Source of the DNA: an uncultured virus (IMG/VR IMGVR_UViG_3300008107_000013)
Taxonomy: Duplodnaviria; Heunggongvirae; Uroviricota; Caudoviricetes
DNA: 64,000 bases
Virus record (IMG/VR): IMGVR_UViG_3300008107_000013
Strand: one strand, 5' to 3'
Part shown: positions 53,107 to 64,000 of the stretch, one piece after another
How positions within the stretch are numbered: position 1 is the stretch's first letter
Layout: each line of letters begins with the position of its first letter
The notes under the pieces: model-generated
The model's input: only the letters and a program-made list of their open reading frames with translations
Databases searched by the model: none
What the model was told of the DNA's origin: nothing
Made by a program: the position numbers and the translations under genes

Positions 53107-53926
53107 ACAAGTCAGTCTTTGTTATAATGAAATCATAGTTATCTTCTGGATCTATGTCATAAGGTGTAACTGATGCTTGGGCATTTGTTGTTGGAGAACC
53201 GTTAGCAAGCATCCCTGGTTTAGTATTTATGTTGACGATTGCATTTAGATCTGCATCAAAACCTGTTGTAGCATCGAAGAAATTAACGTTAGCAATCTTA
53301 ATAATAGACTGACGTTTAATCGGACCAAACAAATAAGTCTTCATTGTAAAATTAAGAGTCCAAATTATTGTTCTAGACTCTTGCACACTACCCTCGTACG
53401 TGTCTGTAATGCCTACGTTATTAATAATGGTTGGAATATCTAGTGCAATGTCCATCTCGTCTATTAAATTAACCGTAGCAGTCCACTCAGGAGCAAAATA
53501 AGGAAGAATTTGTTCCACTATCCTAGTACCATCTTCAGCGTTTCTTACCATAATGTAGAGAGAAAAGCTTATGTTATAAGGAACGGGGTTGTAGATGTAT
53601 TTCAGTGTATCTTTTTTACCTGCAACTGTTACTTCTTTTGCTTGATGTCTTCTAATGGTGGGAAGTTTTCTTTGATTATCATAGCTCATCCCTGTCATTT
53701 CAAAAGCCATTCTCGGGAGGACAGTTTGAAAAGGTTTATTTAAATCTGGATCTTGATTAACCCTAGCTAAAGTCTTTTCTTTAGGTCCATAGCTAATAGG
53801 GACCTTTAACGTATCAATGGTCACACCACTATTGTTTACTCTGTTAATATAAATGTCGTTGAACAGCGTACCGAAGAGGATAACGTTTTTTCTCAGTGTT
53901 TTATGGTAGAATGTTTGATTAAACAT
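53096..53926 (-). CDS. gp15: tail terminator / sheath stabiliser
   Basis: FGTLFN, VPISYGPKEK, LPRMAFE and EQILPYF motifs. Confidence 0.95.
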   Translation of the reverse strand: MFNQTFYHKTLRKNVILFGTLFNDIYINRVNNSGVTIDTLKVPISYGPKEKTLARVNQDPDLNKPFQTVLPRMAFEMTGMSYDNQRKLPTIRRHQAKEVTVAGKKDTLKYIYNPVPYNISFSLYIMVRNAEDGTRIVEQILPYFAPEWTATVNLIDEMDIALDIPTIINNVGITDTYEGSVQESRTIIWTLNFTMKTYLFGPIKRQSIIKIANVNFFDATTGFDADLNAIVNINTKPGMLANGSPTTNAQASVTPYDIDPEDNYDFIITKTDLYER

Positions 53927-54660
53927 TAAAACCTACCTTCACTGAAAGGATCTATTTCTGTGAAGTCAACAAAGTCTAATGCTTCTGTTTGAATTTCTTC
54001 GTTGTCAGACGCAACATCAGTAACATCTATATCAAATGCCTCTAAAACAAGTTTATATCCATACTCATCAGTAAGGTAGTAAGGCATACCTATAAAATCA
54101 TCCGTGAGAAGGCCTTTTGGCGTAGTACTTGATGCGTATTTTTCGTACATGGTATCAATTTCTTCAATACCAGTATTAAATCTTTCATTGCTGTAAGAAA
54201 ATAGCTCGCAGACAACATCGTATGTTTGCAAAGAGCCAAGCTGGTAAAATATGGCTTCGTGCTCCACAAATTTAATTTCAAATATTTTTTTGTTGAGAGG
54301 AAAGTAAATAAGATCACCCTCTTGTGGTCTATCTAACAGGTGATTAGCTCCTACCTCATCGTTCCATGCTCTTCTTGCAACCGTAAAGGTAACTCTGTCT
54401 TTTATCTCTATGTTAAATTTAGATAGAAAATCTCCGTCTCCTCCAAACCCGTCTACGTTTTTAATGTACATTTCAACGCCGTACTGGTCGTTGAATTCCG
54501 AGAGAGGGTCTTCACCGTAAACGTTATCAAAAGCTATTCTTGTTCTAGGCATATAGACCATATCCATGCCGTAGATTTTAATTGACTCTATAATAAGATT
54601 TTCAATTAAAAGCTGCTCTTGAGAGGCTTGAAAGTTATTAAAATAAAAGTTAGTTGCCAT
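53926..54660 (-). CDS. gp14: neck protein
   Basis: ESIKIYG, RPQEGDLIYFP and FYQLG motifs. Confidence 0.95.
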   Translation of the reverse strand: MATNFYFNNFQASQEQLLIENLIIESIKIYGMDMVYMPRTRIAFDNVYGEDPLSEFNDQYGVEMYIKNVDGFGGDGDFLSKFNIEIKDRVTFTVARRAWNDEVGANHLLDRPQEGDLIYFPLNKKIFEIKFVEHEAIFYQLGSLQTYDVVCELFSYSNERFNTGIEEIDTMYEKYASSTTPKGLLTDDFIGMPYYLTDEYGYKLVLEAFDIDVTDVASDNEEIQTEALDFVDFTEIDPFSEGRF

Positions 54661-55404
54661 TTAACCTATCATGTCCATAGCCGGGAGAGAAAGATTAGTG
54701 ACCATATCACGCTCTAATTCTTTTATTTCGGCATCAGCCTCATCGTAAACTTGTTGTCCATTGAATACAACCCCACCTGGAAGCTGCATATTACCAAATT
54801 TTTTAAGATTATTACCCCATTGCCTTTTAATAAGGGCTGTTGCGTAGAGATAAAGCCATCTGTCTCCCCACACGTCTGTAAATGTGTCCGGATCAACCAC
54901 CTGATAAGCTTCTATTAAAAGAAAACTTCCAGTGTCCATTTTGTTCCAGTCCATATCTACATGAAGTCTGTTTCTATGTCTGTTATAGCGTATGGGTTGT
55001 TGCCCTACTAAAAGTTCGGTAATAAGGGCAAGGTGCTCCATTACCATAAAATACGGAACCATGGAAACTGAAGTGAGAGTGTAGAGATCGTTGAGTGCGA
55101 TCTGGTAGCGGATATTAAAAAGATCTCCACCGCTAACTGCTGGATCGCCTATGGCAAAAATTCTAACAGCACCTATAATGTTATCTGGAAGAGTAATGTA
55201 TTGATTTGCTTTATCAGAATCTGTTATTTGGTGCTTGTAATATATTCGCTCGGTACCATCAAAATGATAGTCCCAATAGTATTTTAAAGCTTGATCAATT
55301 CTATCTTCTACTTGGTCGTCATCCACGTTAATTTCTATAACGGGTTTACCAAGTGATCTAAGGCAATATTCTCTAAATTCTGATCTTGAGGCTGGAACGG
55401 CCAT
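54661..55404 (-). CDS. gp13: neck protein
   Basis: LGKPVIEINV, YHFDG and KRQWGNNLKKF motifs. Confidence 0.95.
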   Translation of the reverse strand: MAVPASRSEFREYCLRSLGKPVIEINVDDDQVEDRIDQALKYYWDYHFDGTERIYYKHQITDSDKANQYITLPDNIIGAVRIFAIGDPAVSGGDLFNIRYQIALNDLYTLTSVSMVPYFMVMEHLALITELLVGQQPIRYNRHRNRLHVDMDWNKMDTGSFLLIEAYQVVDPDTFTDVWGDRWLYLYATALIKRQWGNNLKKFGNMQLPGGVVFNGQQVYDEADAEIKELERDMVTNLSLPAMDMIG

Positions 55405-55422
55405 AATAACTCCTTTATAGAG

Positions 55423-55430
55423 TATTTATA
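55423..55430 (-). promoter_or_regulatory. late promoter TATAAATA (gp13)
   Basis: Exact consensus. Confidence 0.85.
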
Positions 55431-55451
55431 ACTTGCTATAATTAATATTTT

Positions 55452-55823
55452 TTATAAAGGAACCCACGCTTGAGTTTCTTCGTTCCAAATATAGTGCTCT
55501 TCGTCGGAAGGATATGGTACAGGTGGATCCCATAAACAAGTATTTTCGTTAAGAATCCATGAAGCAAACGGCTTGGGGGGAATAAATGCGTCTCGTATAG
55601 AGTCATATGTGTATCCAATACCGGCATAGTTTTTGCGCAAAGCTTTTGTTTGATCCAAAGATGGTTCTCCGGTGTTAGAGTCATAATGAACTCCTCCGCT
55701 AGTGTTGTATGAGGTTTGGATCCATGCCCCGGGCGATGAATCTACGAATGTCTCAAAAAATTCAGACTCTGCTACAATAACCTGAGTAACAGTATTACTA
55801 ACTACTTTCGCAAAATGTGCCAT
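55452..55823 (-). CDS. fibre-associated conserved hypothetical protein
   Basis: MAHFA, WIQTSYN, RKNYAGIGY and FIPPKPF.SW motifs; follows a Gly-rich fibre gene. Confidence 0.8.
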   Translation of the reverse strand: MAHFAKVVSNTVTQVIVAESEFFETFVDSSPGAWIQTSYNTSGGVHYDSNTGEPSLDQTKALRKNYAGIGYTYDSIRDAFIPPKPFASWILNENTCLWDPPVPYPSDEEHYIWNEETQAWVPL

Positions 55824-55834
55824 GTTCTCCCCTG

Positions 55835-56821
55835 TTATGCTGTAAATGTTCCTGAAGAAGTAAATGTATGAATAGTATATCCTCCACTAGATGAAACTGT
55901 TCCGCCTGAGCCGCGCTGTTCACCCAAATAACGAACTATTACTATGCCCGAGCCGCCGGCTGCGCCATTTTGTTCTGCAAATGCCGGATAGTTTTGCCCT
56001 CCACCTCCTCCGCCGCCTCCGGTGTTTACGGTTCCAGCCGTACCTGCACCAGTAGAACCTCCTGCACCGCCACCATCAGTTGCTGACCCTCCTGGGCCGC
56101 CTCCTCCTGATGCTTCACGAGTTCCTCCACCACCTCCACCTGCTCTACCAACCGATGTACCTGTAATTGCTGAAGAAAGCCCGGCACCCCCACTGCCGCC
56201 GTTGTTTCCTGTTGGCGTTTGTCCTACTGCACTAGCTCCTCCGCCACCACCAGCAGGGTAAACTTCACCACCACGGTTAGCTCCTCCGTTATTTCCTTGC
56301 CCAGCAGTTCCAAGTCCTCCAGTATTATTTCCGGAGCCCCGGCCCCCTCCTCCACCAGAACCACCGTTTGACCCAGAAGATCCGCTGTTACCTCCACGAC
56401 CTCCTCCAATAGAGGTAATTTCTCCAAAAACAGAATCTCCTCCGTTTGTCCCGGGAGTTCCACTTGTACCTCCGGAGCCTCCAGCTCCAACTGTAACTGT
56501 GTAAGAGGCCCCATCGTTAACGGAAACTGTTGAGGTACGGTACCCTCCGCCTCCGCCTCCTCCTCCCCCATATCCCCCACCTCCTCCACCAGCAACTACT
56601 AAATAATCCACTGAATATGCTTGAGCAGCTAATTCATACCAGGATGTACCAGTCCACACTTCTAAAACGTTCGTATTAGAATTCCAAATCACTGTACCGC
56701 TAGTTGGAGACTCTGGACGAGAAGCAACCGACTCTATCCCTCCTCCACTACCAGTAGCACCCTTGTCTCCTTTAGCACCAGCATAAAACCCTGAATTTAA
56801 ATTAGAAAGTGAAATTGTCAT
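55835..56821 (-). CDS. glycine-rich fibre/adhesin protein
   Basis: YLVVAGGGGG, poly-Gly tracts, GGSGIVIVRY and IHTFTSSGTF motifs. Confidence 0.85.
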   Translation of the reverse strand: MTISLSNLNSGFYAGAKGDKGATGSGGGIESVASRPESPTSGTVIWNSNTNVLEVWTGTSWYELAAQAYSVDYLVVAGGGGGGYGGGGGGGGGYRTSTVSVNDGASYTVTVGAGGSGGTSGTPGTNGGDSVFGEITSIGGGRGGNSGSSGSNGGSGGGGGRGSGNNTGGLGTAGQGNNGGANRGGEVYPAGGGGGASAVGQTPTGNNGGSGGAGLSSAITGTSVGRAGGGGGGTREASGGGGPGGSATDGGGAGGSTGAGTAGTVNTGGGGGGGGQNYPAFAEQNGAAGGSGIVIVRYLGEQRGSGGTVSSSGGYTIHTFTSSGTFTA

Positions 56822-56832
56822 AGTTATTTCCG

Positions 56833-59800
56833 TTAAAGTAGAGCAGTTGCTGCATTAAATGGAGATGTAGAGGGGGTAAAATTAGATGCATATCTTCCGT
56901 GTCCTCTTGTAATTCTTAAATCATCGATGTATCCGTTTAAATGTTCCGAGGTAACTATTGCTCCTGCATTTATATAAGAACCGATTGTAAGAGGCGCTGT
57001 TGTCCCGTAATCATTAGCATCAGTATAATTAGCTCCGGTCTGAGTGCCGTCAATAAATAATCTTGTTGTACCGGAAACTCGTGAAAGAGCAATATGATAC
57101 CACATCCCAGCAACAAGCGTTGAACCTGTAATTCTATCAGAATTGTTAGTAAAGTATCTAATTGATCCCCCTGATGCAATGTACAAATGAGGTAGAATAG
57201 CTGAAACAGAAGTTAAATGACTTAATACAGATTGTAAGTTGGTATTGTTTAAATATAACCAAAATTCAATTGTAAAATCTCCAGTACCGTATCCATACAG
57301 CTCGCTTGTTGAACTCGTAATATAATCACTAGTGCCGTCAAAGGCGAAAGAGCCTGTTCCTAGTTTTTTTATATTATGATTTATTTTTGCATCATTTTGA
57401 AACTCTAAAAACCCTTGTTGTGAGTAATCTATTGCAGCTGCATTATTAAAGTTTAAGAGCGCAACGGTATTTTCAACACCTGTAGGGAATGTAGTCGGTG
57501 TAGTAAAGGTACCAGAATATAGCGCTGTTCCTTTCACGATTCGTAATCCTGTTAAATGTCCAACGGCATAGTATGGTGTTGCCCCGGTTACTCTTCCAAC
57601 GTATAGTACGTTGGTGCCTGTGCTAGGGGCCGACGCAGAAGTTCCTATAGAAGTTGCTACACCGTTTACAAAACCTGTGTAAGTATTACCACTTCTCGTC
57701 ACAGCCACGTGTTGCCATTGATAGGGCTTTACAGAGCCAAAAATAGCATTAAAGAAGTAGGTAGAGGAATTGTTGCTGGAAACTGCAATATACCAAGAAC
57801 CGGAACTTTGATAAATTTGTATTCCCGAACCTTTTGAAATCCACTCTACAAGGGCAGTTGTTTGGGGGAAAACCCAAAATTCAATAGTAAAGTCACCAGG
57901 TAAAGCTAGATAAATGGAGTCAGGTAAATATAGATCATCACTTCCGTCTAAATAAAGCGATCCCCCATGAATAGAAGTAGATAAAGCATTTGAAATAGGA
58001 TATGGAGACAGTGAGGTTACTTTAGCACTATTATAAGATGTGATAGCTGCATTAGTGGAAGAATTATCTTTAAAAATATTGTTCTGACAAGTTAATAGTG
58101 TAGTACCGGAAATAGCTGTGAGAGGTTGGGTGGGAGGTGAGAAATTAGAGGTATAGTATGCAGTACCGTTGACAATTCTTAAATCAGAAATGTACCCGGG
58201 AAAAGAAGAATATGCAACGTTAGCTCCTTCAACCCCCACATATAGGTTATTTCCTCCGCCAGCTGAAGCCCAGTTAATATTAGTAAAGGTTGAGGTATTG
58301 GCAAGTGATCCATTTACATACATCTTTAAATTGTTAGATCCAGATCCACTCCACACATACGCAATATGGCTCCACCGATTGAGAGATATTGCCGTATTAC
58401 TTACAACGGAATTAGGAGCTCCCGTCCAATAATACAGTTTAGGATACCCGTTATTAATTCCAATATTTAAGTAAGTTGAACCAAGTCCAAGTATACAGGG
58501 ATGGGTATATCCTACTTGTGCACCTCCAGCATCTGATCTAAACGCTGTAGGGTACACCCATGCTTCTATCGTACCCACTCCTCCAGAAGATGTAAGAAAC
58601 GCTATGGGAGTATATGTTGATCCTATTAATAAATAATCACCGGCTCCATCGAAATGATTACTCCAACTCCCTCTTGAAAAGGGTGAGAAAGAACTTAACG
58701 TAGCATTTCCTTCTCTTGTAATTAAGCTATTAACTGAAGACTCATCAATAAATCCGTGATTATTAAATCCTGTTCGTCCTTGAAGTAATAATAATTGTGT
58801 TCCTGATACTGCAGTTAGTTCCGAGGTGGGAGGGGTAAATTCAGTAGTGTAAAGTGCAGTACCTTTTACGTAACGAAAATTACTAATATAGCCGTTCATA
58901 GAATAATTAGTAGTATCCGCTCCTGTTCCATTATGTGCCGATCCTATTCTCCAAACTGCATGATCATAGTTATTAGAATCAGTGTATGTGGACCCGGCCT
59001 GAACACCGTTAATAAACATTTTTGTACTTCCGCTACTTCTTGAAACTGCTATATGATGCCAGCCTCCAGCGGAAACAGCAGATGATGTAATTCTGTTTGC
59101 ATTATTAACATAATAGTAAATAAGTCCTGCTGAGTCAGAATAAAGTACCGGTCTAGTCGAATTAGCAGTTCCTCCTCGCCCATCAAGAAGCTCAATGTAA
59201 TTTTTATGAGTAATAATATTAGCCCAGAATTCAATTGTAAAATCAGCTGTTCCAAGCGCAAGCGCTGTATTACTAGCAATATCAATATAGTCTCCACTAC
59301 CATCAAAATATACTGATCCTGACGTTATGTCAGTTTCTACAAAAGGCCCAAAAGAAGATAGAGTTGTACCAGAATTTGTTATAGAAGTATTTACACTTGA
59401 ACTATCTTTAGTTAGACTATTTGTAGAAAGTGCTAGAAGAACAGTATTGGCTTGAGCTTCAAGAGGTCCGGAAGGTACAGTAAAGGAACTCGTGTAAAGT
59501 GCATTTCCTTTAGTAACTCTCAAATTAGAAATATGACCAGCATATTGTGTGGGGTAGCTTGGATGCATTGAACGACCGATTCTAGGATTATAAACCATAG
59601 TATCTACGTTTACCGTTCTGCTAACAGTACCTAATAAAGCGCCATCACAAAAAAATCTCATTGATCCTGCTCCATTATAAGATACTGCAAGATGCTGCCA
59701 TTTATTAGTAACAATTGCGGTATTAGTAACTCCGACGGCTCCAGTGTCTGATTGCCACTGATCGGTACCGTTAGCAATCCAGTTAAAATACATTTGATTA

Positions 59801-60255
59801 GTACCAGTACCAAATGAAAATGACCCTCCAGAGTTGCTTGGTCCAGTATAGCTTGCAAGAAATATGCCGTGTGTGATTGTATATGCAAACAATTCAATGG
59901 TCCATGCTCCTCCGCCTTCTAAAGCTAAAGACGCACTTTTAGTTATTTCTAAATAATCTGAACTATCAAAGTATCCGCTACCATTTCTATTATTTTCAAA
60001 AGGAGAATACGCAGCAGGTCTTACATTACCGGCGATTGTTGCTCCAAGGTTGTTGGTTGATCTGTCTCGTATAATAGTATTAGCGTCAGCGTTAATTAAA
60101 ACTGTAACATAATTAAAATATTGATCCCCAGTATTAAAATTTAATGGATACTCATTTGAATATTTGTAGAGAAATACTTCATCACGGGTAAAGATACCGG
60201 ATGCTACAGCTTGAGAAACTGTTATAGTTTTTCCTCTTAAATTACCGTTTATCAA
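56833..60255 (-). CDS. virion protein with five tandem LamG/concanavalin-A-like modules
   Basis: Five repeats of [F/L]DG..DY, FTIE.W, W.H.A, G.I...R..G.A.Y...F; TTG start. Confidence 0.88.
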   Translation of the reverse strand: MINGNLRGKTITVSQAVASGIFTRDEVFLYKYSNEYPLNFNTGDQYFNYVTVLINADANTIIRDRSTNNLGATIAGNVRPAAYSPFENNRNGSGYFDSSDYLEITKSASLALEGGGAWTIELFAYTITHGIFLASYTGPSNSGGSFSFGTGTNQMYFNWIANGTDQWQSDTGAVGVTNTAIVTNKWQHLAVSYNGAGSMRFFCDGALLGTVSRTVNVDTMVYNPRIGRSMHPSYPTQYAGHISNLRVTKGNALYTSSFTVPSGPLEAQANTVLLALSTNSLTKDSSSVNTSITNSGTTLSSFGPFVETDITSGSVYFDGSGDYIDIASNTALALGTADFTIEFWANIITHKNYIELLDGRGGTANSTRPVLYSDSAGLIYYYVNNANRITSSAVSAGGWHHIAVSRSSGSTKMFINGVQAGSTYTDSNNYDHAVWRIGSAHNGTGADTTNYSMNGYISNFRYVKGTALYTTEFTPPTSELTAVSGTQLLLLQGRTGFNNHGFIDESSVNSLITREGNATLSSFSPFSRGSWSNHFDGAGDYLLIGSTYTPIAFLTSSGGVGTIEAWVYPTAFRSDAGGAQVGYTHPCILGLGSTYLNIGINNGYPKLYYWTGAPNSVVSNTAISLNRWSHIAYVWSGSGSNNLKMYVNGSLANTSTFTNINWASAGGGNNLYVGVEGANVAYSSFPGYISDLRIVNGTAYYTSNFSPPTQPLTAISGTTLLTCQNNIFKDNSSTNAAITSYNSAKVTSLSPYPISNALSTSIHGGSLYLDGSDDLYLPDSIYLALPGDFTIEFWVFPQTTALVEWISKGSGIQIYQSSGSWYIAVSSNNSSTYFFNAIFGSVKPYQWQHVAVTRSGNTYTGFVNGVATSIGTSASAPSTGTNVLYVGRVTGATPYYAVGHLTGLRIVKGTALYSGTFTTPTTFPTGVENTVALLNFNNAAAIDYSQQGFLEFQNDAKINHNIKKLGTGSFAFDGTSDYITSSTSELYGYGTGDFTIEFWLYLNNTNLQSVLSHLTSVSAILPHLYIASGGSIRYFTNNSDRITGSTLVAGMWYHIALSRVSGTTRLFIDGTQTGANYTDANDYGTTAPLTIGSYINAGAIVTSEHLNGYIDDLRITRGHGRYASNFTPSTSPFNAATALL

Positions 60256-60611
60256 GATATATCCTCATATGAGCACACTGCCTGTAAATCACTATTAGCA
60301 CTTGCCGTTACTCTTAATGCATCTCCTTCTTCTAGGTAAATAGGAGCGTTTTTATCTATTGCAACAAAAGATGCATCGGCTGGGACTGCAACGGTTGAAA
60401 CAAGATTATAAGCAATTGAGCTTCTATACAGATCAACAGTAATATCTGCAGCATTAGTTCCATCTATGTTAGATACCACTAAAGAATTAATCTTATAGAT
60501 TGAGCCGCTGTTGGCTGAGTTAGTAACTATTGCAGCTGCACTAGTAGAAACGTTGGCTACAGAAGTCTTTCCGTAGATGGTAGATACGTTTACTATGTTA
60601 GGGTTTGCCAT
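60252..60611 (-). CDS. small virion structural protein
   Basis: MANPNIVNV, SNIDG.NAAD and IYLEEGD motifs. Confidence 0.75.
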   Translation of the reverse strand: MANPNIVNVSTIYGKTSVANVSTSAAAIVTNSANSGSIYKINSLVVSNIDGTNAADITVDLYRSSIAYNLVSTVAVPADASFVAIDKNAPIYLEEGDALRVTASANSDLQAVCSYEDIS

Positions 60612-60616
60612 TTAAA

Positions 60617-63856
<3,240 letters not shown>

Positions 63857-63889
63857 GGGATACCTTTAAGTTATTATACTTTATAATAT

Positions 63890-64000
63890 TTATTGAGGTG
63901 AATCAGGCCAATTAACGTCCCAAGGAAAGCCTTCTTGAAGTGGAATGTCCCTTAGTTGCTGTCTATAATTAGCCCATAAAACTGAATTAGCAGAGGTGTC
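63890..64000 (-). CDS. tail fibre assembly chaperone, 3' fragment
   Basis: Read by hand: ...WANYRQQLRDIPLQEGFPWDVNWPDSPQ*. Confidence 0.8.
   Translation of the reverse strand, partial: DTSANSVLWANYRQQLRDIPLQEGFPWDVNWPDSPQ

Overview
This is a 64 kb segment of a T4-like myovirus genome; almost every gene is on the minus strand, so transcription runs right to left. From 64 kb to 55.4 kb are fibre genes (a Lys/Asp-rich collagen-like protein, a 5x LamG protein and a Gly-rich protein), followed by the neck/terminase/tail/head block gp13-gp23 and gp3 (55.4-42.1 kb). Next come uvsY-uvsW-gp55-gp47-denV-gp46 and def, then a ~9 kb 7-deazaguanine DNA-modification cluster: queE, PRTase, queD, folE, DpdA-like, PurN-like formyltransferase, kinase, queF, MazG-like, a disrupted queC, HAD nucleotidase, Gat and dCTP deaminase/dUTPase. 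After that are the replication block gp45-gp44-gp62-regA-hsp20-gp43-uvsX-gp41, a nine-gene late operon of secreted/membrane proteins of unknown function (10.7-6.2 kb), and an early region with sigma70-type promoters, a 23-bp-period palindrome array and a candidate structured ncRNA. The most notable observations are a probable formyl-preQ1 guanine-replacement system with a deleted/frameshifted queC, a preQ1-riboswitch-like leader before queE, a ROSE-like thermometer controlling a phasin-like gene ahead of hsp20, and the uncharacterised envelope operon. All protein calls come from motif recognition and synteny; no database searches were run. A proteobacterial host is an inference only.
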